From: Planctomycetes bacterium UBA7888
GTDB taxonomy: Bacteria; Planctomycetota; UBA1135
NCBI GenBank assembly: GCA_002500505.1
Contig: DLRM01000008.1
Location: forward strand, 50,700 to 114,699
Length of the DNA: 64,000 nucleotides
Direction of reading: 5' to 3'
Below the pieces are notes generated by a model. That model searched no databases and was not told the DNA's origin. It saw only the letters and a program-made list of their open reading frames with translations. This document shows positions 9,379 through 18,602 of the stretch, in pieces (within the stretch, counting starts at the first letter, position 1; each line of letters begins with the position of its first letter). The translations under genes were made by a program, and so were the position numbers.

Positions 9379-10844
9379 TACTTCGCTTGGACCAAAAGAG
9401 AGGGGCCTTTTTTACCAACTACGCACACAGGACTTCCCGATTCGAGAAAATCTCCGGTACTAACGGCGTCAAAAGGTTCACCTTGGAGTAATACAGTACC
9501 AGCGGGACGGAGAGAAGTTCGGCAAATCCCTTCCTTACCGACCAATTCCGCTAATTGAGTCCCGGAGTTACTGGCTTCACTCGGAATGGGCCCCCCGAAA
9601 TCGTCAGAAGGAGAAGTCGTCAGAAAAGAACCCACTCGGGTTTTAACCAACTTCCTAACCGTGAAGACGGCTAAACATGGCGCCACGAGAAACACACCCA
9701 AGAGAGTGAGAAGATTGTCCCGGAAAGCCCCCTCCTGAATGGTGCCCTCGGGGAAGACAAAGTCCTGCATCGCAAGAAGAAGACCAGCCAATAACATCAC
9801 ACCTCCAATGGCGCCGGAAAAAATTGTGCCAGGCATCACGAACACCTCAACGGCCAGAAGGAGGAGGCCGCCAACAACCAGGAGGACTTCGGTCCACTCT
9901 GCAAGCCCAACCAGATAACCATGAAAAAGAAAGATGCCCATCGTAATTGCAGCGGCAAGTTCGGGAGCGCCAAGCCCCGGCATATTGAAAGCAAGGACCA
10001 CAAAAAAGGCTGATGCCAACATGAGCAACCAAGACCAGGAGCCAATGAACTGCACCAGAGACTCTGACCAATTGGCTTGAACTCGATGAAGGGGTCGATC
10101 TGAGAGTGCCAGGATAGAGAGAACGGAAGCTAAATCTTCAGCAACGGAATCACAGTAGCCAAATTCAAGGGCCTGTTCGGTCGTCAGAGTCAAAAGTTCT
10201 CCCGACGCACATATCGTTTCTAGAAATTTCGGACTCTCTCCTTTCCTTAAAAGATCCTGAAATTCCTGGCCCGAAACAACTTGCCGTTCACCTCGGAGAG
10301 AAACTCGTTTGAGCTCAATGCCATTATCCACAAAGGCCTCAGCGATTCGCGTATCTCGACCATGAAGTTCCGCCCAGGAGCGAAACTCTGCCCGAAAAGC
10401 CGAGTTCATTTTTTCTTGAACATCGTCGTCCAACTCAGGCATAATCCCGCCTGGACCCACCTGAATCGGCATGGCTGCCCCAATGCTGGCACCCGGACGC
10501 ATCATGATTTGGTCACAGGCCATCGCAAGATAACTGCCTGCAGAAAGTGCTTGGTGTCGAACGAGACAAACAGTTTCCATTTCTTTGCCAATCAAATCCA
10601 AGCGCTGGCCCAATCGCTTCATCAACTCAATTTCGCCGCCTGGAGTGTCTAACTCCAACACAAAAACTTCAGCTCGGGCAAGGGTGGCTTCCTCCTCAGC
10701 TCGACGCAAGATAGAGGCCCAGGATTCTTGCAGAGGTCCCTCTAGGCGAAGGGTATAAATCGGCGCCAAGGACTCAACTCCGGGCGGAGTCAATGTCTGT
10801 TGCGGAAGACAGGCTCCCAAGAAGAGCAAGAAGCTCAAAACCAC
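9378..10844 (-). CDS. Long NfeD (ClpP-class membrane serine protease, YqeZ-like)
   Basis: LDTPGG, ALSAG (Ser), EK (Lys) motifs; TM domain; LRPAG OB fold. Confidence 0.9.
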   Translation of the reverse strand: MVLSFLLFLGACLPQQTLTPPGVESLAPIYTLRLEGPLQESWASILRRAEEEATLARAEVFVLELDTPGGEIELMKRLGQRLDLIGKEMETVCLVRHQALSAGSYLAMACDQIMMRPGASIGAAMPIQVGPGGIMPELDDDVQEKMNSAFRAEFRSWAELHGRDTRIAEAFVDNGIELKRVSLRGERQVVSGQEFQDLLRKGESPKFLETICASGELLTLTTEQALEFGYCDSVAEDLASVLSILALSDRPLHRVQANWSESLVQFIGSWSWLLMLASAFFVVLAFNMPGLGAPELAAAITMGIFLFHGYLVGLAEWTEVLLVVGGLLLLAVEVFVMPGTIFSGAIGGVMLLAGLLLAMQDFVFPEGTIQEGAFRDNLLTLLGVFLVAPCLAVFTVRKLVKTRVGSFLTTSPSDDFGGPIPSEASNSGTQLAELVGKEGICRTSLRPAGTVLLQGEPFDAVSTGDFLESGSPVCVVGKKGPSLLVQAK

Positions 10845-10868
10845 GGGCTCAGTATAGGATAGTCAGTG

Positions 10869-10964
10869 TGGCGGGAGTGCATGGGAATCGAACCCACCGG
10901 GCCCGTCCTAAACGGCCCCCAACGGCTTTGAAGGCCGTGCGGGGCCCAGCCCCGAACCACTCCC
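10869..10964 (-). tRNA. selC: tRNA-Sec (anticodon UCA)
   Basis: Minus strand: GGGAGTGG...ACGGC-CTTCAAA-GCCGT, long variable arm, GTGGG-TTCGATT-CCCAT, GCACTCCC-GCCA. 96 nt, immediately downstream of selD. Confidence 0.97.
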
Positions 10965-10984
10965 ACCAAGATTCTAACCTTGGC

Positions 10985-12019
10985 TTAGCCTAATGCCACG
11001 AGGCTTTCGCCTTCTTCTACCTCGCCCACCCACGTGGCCACTTCGCCCTCGGGTAGGGCTTTGAGAAATGCCTCCTGCTGCTCAGGAGGAATAGCTAACA
11101 GTAATCCGCCTGAAGTCTCGGCGTCAAAGCCGATTCCTGCGACCCATTCAGGAACACTCGAGGCCACCTGGACACGCCCCTCCAAACTAATTCGCCCTCG
11201 AGAGCTTCCCCCGGAAAAAACGCCCGCCGCGGCCAATTCGGCAGCACCCTCATAAAAGGGCAGAGAGAGTGCGCGCAAAAGTAGGCGAACTCCCGAAGCG
11301 GAAGCCAAGTTTGCAGCATGACCAAGGAGGCCAAAACCAGTAATGTCGGTTCCCGCTTTCACCCCCACTTGACGAGCTGCATGGGCCGCATTTTTGTTGA
11401 GATGAGCCATGCCTCGTTGAGCTTCCTCCACGACAGCGTCCGAAGCTTCTCCCCGACTAACGCTAGTCGTGATACTCCCCGTACCCAAAGGCTTTGTGAG
11501 GTAAAGCAAATCACCGGGACGAGCCCCTTGATTGGTCATAAGCTGGTTTTCTTCGACTTCTCCAAAGACCGCGAACCCAAACAACGGTTCTTGAGAGCGA
11601 ACGGTGTGGCCGCCGACCCACAGGGCACCGGCTTCTTGAACTTTCTTTGCGGCCGCCGCAAAAATAGGTGACAAGGTTGGCTCTTCCCACTCTTCAGGAA
11701 AGCCCGCTAAATTGAGAACCACATCGGGTTCACCCCCCATGGCCCAAATATCGGACAAAGCATTGGCGGCTGCGATAGCACCATATGCGGCAGGATCATC
11801 AACGACGGGAGGGAAAAAATCTGTGGAATAGAGGCGGATTTTTCCGGAAGCAGAACGAACCGCTCCCGCATCGTCGAACCCAGAGGGTCCCACGATTAAT
11901 CGGTCAGAGTCAGCCGCTGGAGCGACTGTACGCAGAACCTGCGCCAGCTCGCCCTGAGGGAGTTTGGCGGCTCAACCGCTACAAGCTGCGTATTCCGTGA
12001 GGCGTTTGCTTCGTGTCAT
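10985..12019 (-). CDS. selD: Selenophosphate synthetase, selenocysteine-containing (Sec16)
   Basis: From ATG 12019: MTRSKRLTEYAACSG-UGA-AAKLPQGEL, in frame with ORF 10985..11893. DDAG, TDFFPP, NALSD, GGHT, TDITGFGLLGH, ETSGGLL motifs. Confidence 0.96.
11925..11948 (-). promoter_or_regulatory. Bacterial SECIS element of selD
   Basis: Minus strand GCTG-GCGCAG-GTT-CTGCGT-A-CAGT hairpin with a G-led apical loop about 33 nt after the UGA at 11974-11972. Confidence 0.75.
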
Positions 12020-12107
12020 GCCTGGATTTTAGGCCATTTCCCCTTCCAGTTCGACTTCTAGGCCCCGAGGAAGAAATGATCCACGAAAAGGCACTCAAAA
12101 GGAAGCC

Positions 12108-13478
12108 TCAAGCGAGACTAGAGGATAAAAGAAAAGCAAGCTCTTCCGGTGTGGCGCTTAGAGTGCGTACATCAAGCAAAACCGCTTCACCTTGAATTCT
12201 GGAGAAAATGGGCGGGGTTCCATTTCGAAGTTTCAGGGCAAAGTCTTCCGCCGAAAATCCTTCAACTTGAAGAAGGAGCCCAATGCTGGGAAGAGGCTCA
12301 TTGGGGGAAGCTCCAGAGCCAACGCGCCCTTCGCAGGAAGCGACATCAACCGAAATTCCCGGGCAACTTTGGACTATCTGAGAGGCCATCAAATCCGCTG
12401 TCTTCTGGAGTTGCTCCACCGCACGACCCAGCATGGAAAGGCCCGGAATATGAGAACAAGCTACCTCCTCACCCAAGGCGTGCAATCTCAAAGTGGCCTC
12501 TAGGGCTGCCAGAATTGTTTTGTCTAGTCTCAGGCAACGGGTCATCATGTTTCGGCGAAGCTTTTCGACCAACGGGGTGGCCCCAACAATGAGGCCTGCT
12601 TGAGGACCGCCCAAGAGCTTATCCCCAGAAAAGCTGACCAAATCACAACCGGCTTCTAAAGCCGAGGGGACGGTGGGTTCCCCAGACAGCCCGGGAAGAT
12701 GGGCTCCATTAAAAACGCCGGAACCTAGGTCATATACAAAAGGAACGCCGCGCTCGTGGCATAAAGATGCGAGCTCTTCCAAACTCGGCTCACCCTCAAA
12801 ACCAGAGATTTCGAAGTTGGATGGATGAGCCTTGAAAAGACAGGCAACATCAGGATCCTCTAAAGCGGACTCGTAATCCGAAAGATGAACTCGGTTAGTG
12901 GTTCCAATTTCCAGCATGGTTGCCCCTGCGGCGGAAATGACTTCGGGCATTCGATAGGAACCCCCTATTTCAACAAGCTCTCTTCTTGCGACAACCACCT
13001 TTCTTTCCTGAGCCAAGGAAGACAACATGAGCAAAACAGCAGCGGCATTGTTGTTTACTGCAAGCCCATCCTCGGTCCCAGAAAGTTGAGCCAGTAATTG
13101 AGCAATGGTTTTGTCACGTCGACCGCGCCCCCCTGTCTCTCGGCTAATCTCAACAGTGCCATATTGGGCAACTTGATTCGCCGCTGTTATCGCTTCAGAA
13201 GCCCAAGGTGCCCTACCTAGATTGGTATGAAGAACAACACCTGTACCATTTTGCGCTCCAACCAAGCTCATCGCAGGCAAGAGAGCAAGACGCCCTTCGA
13301 CTTGCTCCCAGAAGGAGTTGTCAAGTTCTCTTGAAATTCCATCCGAACAGTCCTTACGCAAGGCGTCCAATTCGTCTCGGATAGCGTGATGAAGAGCGGT
13401 GCGACCCCGATGATCTAGGCCTCGACCGGCTCCTTCTTCAAGAAGTTCATTCATGGAGGGAATGCGGGGGAGATTCAT
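12108..13478 (-). CDS. selA: L-seryl-tRNA(Sec) selenium transferase
   Basis: NGTGVVLHTNLGRAP, NNNAAAVLL, VEIGGSYRMP, FSGDKLLGGPQAG (PLP Lys). Start trimmed to ATG 13478. Confidence 0.97.
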   Translation of the reverse strand: MNLPRIPSMNELLEEGAGRGLDHRGRTALHHAIRDELDALRKDCSDGISRELDNSFWEQVEGRLALLPAMSLVGAQNGTGVVLHTNLGRAPWASEAITAANQVAQYGTVEISRETGGRGRRDKTIAQLLAQLSGTEDGLAVNNNAAAVLLMLSSLAQERKVVVARRELVEIGGSYRMPEVISAAGATMLEIGTTNRVHLSDYESALEDPDVACLFKAHPSNFEISGFEGEPSLEELASLCHERGVPFVYDLGSGVFNGAHLPGLSGEPTVPSALEAGCDLVSFSGDKLLGGPQAGLIVGATPLVEKLRRNMMTRCLRLDKTILAALEATLRLHALGEEVACSHIPGLSMLGRAVEQLQKTADLMASQIVQSCPGISVDVASCEGRVGSGASPNEPLPSIGLLLQVEGFSAEDFALKLRNGTPPIFSRIQGEAVLLDVRTLSATPEELAFLLSSSLA

Positions 13479-13502
13479 GCTGGGGTATCCTAGAATCTCC
13501 TC

Positions 13503-15254
13503 ATGACTCGACTTGGCCTCGCCCCCCGTTTTCAATGGAATTTCCTGGGGGAAAACCCGACCAAGCGAGACCAATTGGCGGCGGCGATAGGGGTCCACCC
13601 CATTGTCGCCCAGACTCTCCTGAACCGAAAGCTGGAGACCGCTGACGAATGTCGGGATTTTTTCACTCCTAGCCTGCGTTCTCTCCCTGACCCCTCTTTG
13701 CTCCCAGACATTGAGCCGGCAACCGCACTTCTCCAGGAAGTCGTCGAGCAGAACCTCCCGGTATTGATTCACGGAGACTACGACGTAGATGGCGGCAGCG
13801 GCTCGGTTCTCTTGTATCGTTTGCTGAGTCATCTCGGCATCCAAGCTCGAGTCCACATTCCCGACCGCATTCTTGACGGCTACTCCTTCGGCAATCGATC
13901 TTTGGAGACCATTCGACAACATGGAACCAAAGTGGTCATTGCTGTGGACAACGGAACGACCGCTTACGAACCCCTCGCCCAGCTTGCGGCGGAAGGGGTC
14001 CGCACTCTCATTGTTGACCATCATCTACCAGGCGACACCCGACCTGACTGCACGGCTCTCGTAAATCCATGGTGTGTACCTGCCGATATCGCCAAAGAAA
14101 AAGGGCTTTACAGAAATTTCTGTGGCACCGGCGTTGCCTACCTTTTGGCATGGGGATTCTTGAGGTCTTTTCGAGGAGAAGGCGAACTTCCTGAAGCAGA
14201 CCGACGCTTCCTTTGGAGCGCCCTTGGCCTTGTTGCCTTAGCAACTGTCGCAGATGTCATGCCGCTCAAAGGCCCCAATCGCGCCCTTGTCTCCCATGGC
14301 TTACGAACTCTGCAGAACAGCAGCTTTCCGGGTTTAGCAGAATTGGTCAAAGCATCTGGAGTCCGAGGAGAACCCAAAGCAAGCGACCTTGGATTCCGCC
14401 TTTGCCCGCGTCTCAACGCCGCAGGCCGAATGGCACAAGCAGACCTAGCTTTCCAATTGCTTTCCACAACCGATGCCCGCCGTGCTCCCGGAATGGCTGC
14501 TGAATTGGATGCCCTCAACTTGGAGCGTCGAGAAACAGAAAAAAAAGAAGCCAAAGCTTTGGAGGCTCAAATTGAATCCCAATTACAAAGGGGCAATGGC
14601 GTCCTATTTGCAGGAAGAACAGAGGCTCACTTTGGCGTTCTGGGCATCGTGGCCAATCGGTTCATGGAATCCACGGGGCTCCCCACTCTCCTTTGGGCAG
14701 AATGCGAACCTGGGCTTGCGAGAGGAAGTGCGCGGGCCCCAGAAGGTTGTCATCTCATGAAAATCATGGAAGGGGCGAAAGAACTTTTTAAAGGTTTTGG
14801 CGGCCACGCTCGAGCCGCGGGATTCCATTTTGACCCATCCATGGCTCCACAAATCGAGGCCGCTCTTCAGGCTTCAGCCTTCTCCCTTGAAGTCGCCCCG
14901 CAGCCCAGCATCAAAATTGAAACCCAAGTATCACCGGGAGACCTCACTCTTGAATTAATGACTCAAATGGAACAGCTGGAGCCCTTTGGCGAAGGAAACC
15001 CGGAGCCCATCTTTGCTAGCTGCGGCCTCACGGTCTCTAGAGCACGAACCATTGGGGATGGTTCCCACCTTGAGCTAACTCTTGAGCGGAATGGCTCAAC
15101 CGCTCGTTGCCTCGCTTGGCGGATGGCAGAGACCTACTCAACCCTTCAGGCTGGTGATGTCGTCGACATAGCCTTCCGGGCTTCAATTCAATCCTTCCGC
15201 GGAAGGCGCTCCGTAGACTGGACTCTTGAGGATCTTCGACCCTCCCAAGGATGA
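13503..15254 (+). CDS. recJ: ssDNA-specific exonuclease RecJ
   Basis: GDYDVDG, VDNG, DHH, PRLNAAGR, GSAR, GGHARAAG motifs. Confidence 0.96.
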   Translation: MTRLGLAPRFQWNFLGENPTKRDQLAAAIGVHPIVAQTLLNRKLETADECRDFFTPSLRSLPDPSLLPDIEPATALLQEVVEQNLPVLIHGDYDVDGGSGSVLLYRLLSHLGIQARVHIPDRILDGYSFGNRSLETIRQHGTKVVIAVDNGTTAYEPLAQLAAEGVRTLIVDHHLPGDTRPDCTALVNPWCVPADIAKEKGLYRNFCGTGVAYLLAWGFLRSFRGEGELPEADRRFLWSALGLVALATVADVMPLKGPNRALVSHGLRTLQNSSFPGLAELVKASGVRGEPKASDLGFRLCPRLNAAGRMAQADLAFQLLSTTDARRAPGMAAELDALNLERRETEKKEAKALEAQIESQLQRGNGVLFAGRTEAHFGVLGIVANRFMESTGLPTLLWAECEPGLARGSARAPEGCHLMKIMEGAKELFKGFGGHARAAGFHFDPSMAPQIEAALQASAFSLEVAPQPSIKIETQVSPGDLTLELMTQMEQLEPFGEGNPEPIFASCGLTVSRARTIGDGSHLELTLERNGSTARCLAWRMAETYSTLQAGDVVDIAFRASIQSFRGRRSVDWTLEDLRPSQG

Positions 15255-15865
15255 CTGAAATCCCTCTTCTTCGACACCTTCTCCGTTTCTACCGTCGCTT
15301 GTATGAGTTTCTTATTGGGCTCGCCGATAAGCGCTGGGCTGAACCTGGACTCTGGGGTTTAAGTTTTGCCGAAGCCAGCTTCTTGCCCATCCCCATTGAC
15401 CCGCTCTTAATGGCAATGGGTGCAGCGCGCCCATCTCGGGCCATTCGCTATGCACTCGGTGTGACCATCTTTTCAGTAGCGGGAGGACTTTTTGGGTGGC
15501 TTATTGGTGCCTTCATGATGGATTCCGTCGGGAACCATCTTGTCGAGATATGGGGACTTGCCGAGCACTGGAATAAGGTTGAAGCTCTCTATCAAGAGCA
15601 TGGCTCCCTCATTCTTTTTACTGCTGCACTCACCCCCATTCCTTTCATTGCCTTCACCCTTGCGGGCGGGGCGTTCGGGCAAGATCTCCCCACCTTTTTG
15701 CTAGCTGCTTCCGTGGGTCGTGGCCTTCGTTTTGGGACTGAGGGCCTTCTGCTCCGCTTATTCGGCGCCCCCATTTTGCTCTGGATTGAGAAGTGGTTCG
15801 ACCGAGTTGCCATTCTCTTCACAATTTTGCTCATTGGAGTCGTACTTCTTTTGAAGGCCCACTAA
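15251..15865 (+). CDS. YqaA/DedA (VTT domain) membrane protein
   Basis: SFAEASFLPIPID, LTPIPF, GRGLRF motifs. Confidence 0.85.
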   Translation: MTEIPLLRHLLRFYRRLYEFLIGLADKRWAEPGLWGLSFAEASFLPIPIDPLLMAMGAARPSRAIRYALGVTIFSVAGGLFGWLIGAFMMDSVGNHLVEIWGLAEHWNKVEALYQEHGSLILFTAALTPIPFIAFTLAGGAFGQDLPTFLLAASVGRGLRFGTEGLLLRLFGAPILLWIEKWFDRVAILFTILLIGVVLLLKAH

Positions 15866-15868
15866 ACA

Positions 15869-18601
15869 ATGACCGGAAAACCACCACGCATTCTGGTCGT
15901 TGACGGAACGGCACTCGCTTTCCGGGCTTTTTTCGCAATTCCAGGCCTCACCGATAGTGATGGCCGCCCGAGCGGCGCACTTTACGGCTTCATCATGAGC
16001 CTTCTTCGTGTTCTAGAAGCAGAGCCTACAGAGAAAATTTTGGTCGCCTGGGATCGCGGCGAACCCACCTTTCGTCACAAACTTTGCAAGGACTACAAAG
16101 CAACGCGCGAACGCATGGATGATGATTTGCGCGTCCAGCTCCCCTGGATGAGGGAAGTGATTGACCTTCTCGGTTTATCCCAAATGGATGAAGTGGGTTA
16201 TGAAGCGGATGACATTCTTGCCTCTCTTGCGGTTCAGGGTGCTGACGCCGGTTATGAGGTTCGACTTTGTGCGAGCGACAAAGATCTCGCCCAAGTGGTC
16301 TCTAATCGTGTACGCCTGTGCCCTCCTCCACGAAAGAACGACCCTATTGCGGAGTTGGGCCCTGAAGAAGTCAAAAGCAAGTTTGGAGTCTTGCCTGAGC
16401 AAATGGCGGAGTGGCAAGCCCTTGTCGGGGACAGTTCTGACAATGTCCAAGGTATGCCGGGTGTTGGTCCGAAGCGAGCAACGGCTCTCCTTGAAAAATA
16501 TGGGAACTTAGAAGCCGTTTTAAGTAAAGGGCCGCTTGAAGAAAAGGGAAAGCTTCGAGAAAACCTGGAAGCTCATGGTGACACTGTCCGACATGCCCTT
16601 CAACTCGTCACTTTGGTTCGAGATTTAGACCTGGGTCCTTTGGACGCCATGGCTCCAAAAACTAGGGACCTCCTGGGTCTTCGCAATTTCTGCGAGCAAC
16701 ATTCCTTTGATTCTCTGGCAGCTCGCTTTGAAACTAATCCCCTTTCGTCTGCGGACAAAGAGCATCCCTCGGACACCCCGTCGCCTGGCGACCGAGACTA
16801 CCGACTCGTGAACACTCCAGAGCTTTTTGATCAACTAATCAATGGGCTCCAATCTTCTCAAGGCTTCGCCGTGGATACTGAAACCACATCTTTGCAAGCA
16901 CGAAAAGCGCGATTAGTCGGAATTTCTTTTTGTTGGGAAGAAGAAACAGCATGGTATGTCCCCTTAAATTTAGAGCCACCTCTCCGTGATTCAAAGGGTC
17001 GACCCCCTATCGAAGCCCTTGCTCCAATTCTGGCCAATTCTTCTATTCCGAAAACGGGCCAAAACCTAAAGTATGACGCCCATATTTTGGAGCGTGCTGG
17101 CGCCCCCGTGGCAGGATGGGAATTTGACACCATGCTGGCTCACTTTTTAGCCGACCCTCTATCCCCTCACAATCTTGACGCCCTTTCCTTGCGTTATTTA
17201 GGGCTACGAAAAATTGAAACTTCAGAATTGATTGGCAAAGGGAAAAACCAAACGACAATGGATTTAATCCCCATTGAAGATGTTTCTCGCTATGCCTGCG
17301 AAGATGCCCAAGCGACTTGGCTCTTGCGCGCTCCCCTTGAAAAAGAACTAGCTTCCACCGGCTCCAAGGAACTCTTTGAAAATCTTGAGATGCCTCTCGT
17401 TCAAGTCTTACAAAAGATGGAGGCTTTTGGAATTCGTGTTGACCGAGAGCGTCTAACAGAAATGGAGCGTTTCCTTTCAAGGCGGCAACTAGAATTGGAG
17501 AATATTATTTTCGAAATTTCGGGACAGCCCTTCAACCTCAATTCTCCCAAGCAACTTGGTCCAATCCTCTTTGAAAAATTAAATATTCAGGAGGCCGCTG
17601 GCGTAAAGCGAGTCAAGCGAACCAAAACAGGCTATTCAACCAATGCCGCCACTCTGGAACGCTACCGCGGCATTGAAATTGTGGATGCGCTCTTGGAATA
17701 TCGACACTTAAGCAAGCTAAGAGGAACCTACGTTGAAGCTCTTCCCGGACACATTCATCCAGAAACAGGCTGTATTCACACTTCATTCCATCAAGCGGTC
17801 GCTAGTACGGGTCGTTTGTCCAGCTCTGATCCCAACCTCCAAAACATTCCAATTCGGACGGAATTGGGCCGCGAAATTCGCCGCGCATTCATCCCACGAG
17901 AGGCAGGTTGGGTTTTAGTTTCGGCAGATTACTCTCAAGTAGAGCTACGCGTAGTTGCCCACCTCGCCAATGATCCTGCCTTGATTCAAGCCTTTCAAGA
18001 AGGCACTGATGTTCATGCCCGGACTGCTAGCCTTGTTTTTGAAATCCCCCAAGATGAAGTCACCGCGGATATGCGTTCTCGCGCGAAGACCATTAACTTT
18101 GGCATTCTTTACGGGATGGGCCCCCAACGCCTTGCCCGCGAACTCAAAATCCCTTTCCAAGAAGCGCGCGACTTTATTGAGGCCTACTTTGACGCTCTTT
18201 GCGGAGTCCGCAGTTGGCTTGACCGAACACTTGCCGAGGCCAGAGAGAAGGGTGAAGTCCGAACCCTCTACGGCCGTCGTCGCCCCATGCTCGAACTTCA
18301 ATCCGGGGACGGACGCGTTCGCGCCTCGGCAGAAAATGTTGCCGTCAACACTCCCGTTCAAGGAACTGCTGCCGACATCATCAAGCGAGCCATGCTGAGA
18401 GTGGATAGTGCTCTCTCGAACTCCAAACTCCAGGCCCGCATGCTTCTTCAGGTTCATGATGAACTTGTATTTGAATGCCCTCAAGAAGAGGTCGAGCCCC
18501 TCTCCACCTTGATTAAGCGCGAAATGGAGGGCGCTGCTGATTTAGTTATTCCTCTCCGTGTAGATATCGGCTCTGGGCCCGATTGGGCAAGCGCTCATTA
18601 G
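15869..18601 (+). CDS. polA: DNA polymerase I
   Basis: 5' nuclease (YEADD, GDSSDN), 3'-5' exo (DTET) and polymerase motifs DYSQVELR, KTINFGILYG, QVHDEL. Confidence 0.98.
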   Translation: MTGKPPRILVVDGTALAFRAFFAIPGLTDSDGRPSGALYGFIMSLLRVLEAEPTEKILVAWDRGEPTFRHKLCKDYKATRERMDDDLRVQLPWMREVIDLLGLSQMDEVGYEADDILASLAVQGADAGYEVRLCASDKDLAQVVSNRVRLCPPPRKNDPIAELGPEEVKSKFGVLPEQMAEWQALVGDSSDNVQGMPGVGPKRATALLEKYGNLEAVLSKGPLEEKGKLRENLEAHGDTVRHALQLVTLVRDLDLGPLDAMAPKTRDLLGLRNFCEQHSFDSLAARFETNPLSSADKEHPSDTPSPGDRDYRLVNTPELFDQLINGLQSSQGFAVDTETTSLQARKARLVGISFCWEEETAWYVPLNLEPPLRDSKGRPPIEALAPILANSSIPKTGQNLKYDAHILERAGAPVAGWEFDTMLAHFLADPLSPHNLDALSLRYLGLRKIETSELIGKGKNQTTMDLIPIEDVSRYACEDAQATWLLRAPLEKELASTGSKELFENLEMPLVQVLQKMEAFGIRVDRERLTEMERFLSRRQLELENIIFEISGQPFNLNSPKQLGPILFEKLNIQEAAGVKRVKRTKTGYSTNAATLERYRGIEIVDALLEYRHLSKLRGTYVEALPGHIHPETGCIHTSFHQAVASTGRLSSSDPNLQNIPIRTELGREIRRAFIPREAGWVLVSADYSQVELRVVAHLANDPALIQAFQEGTDVHARTASLVFEIPQDEVTADMRSRAKTINFGILYGMGPQRLARELKIPFQEARDFIEAYFDALCGVRSWLDRTLAEAREKGEVRTLYGRRRPMLELQSGDGRVRASAENVAVNTPVQGTAADIIKRAMLRVDSALSNSKLQARMLLQVHDELVFECPQEEVEPLSTLIKREMEGAADLVIPLRVDIGSGPDWASAH

Positions 18602-18602
18602 T

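Noticed and set aside
13479-14024. 182-aa N-terminal extension of the SelA ORF
   Set aside because: It is the antisense shadow of recJ; SelA homology starts at MNLPRIPS (13478).
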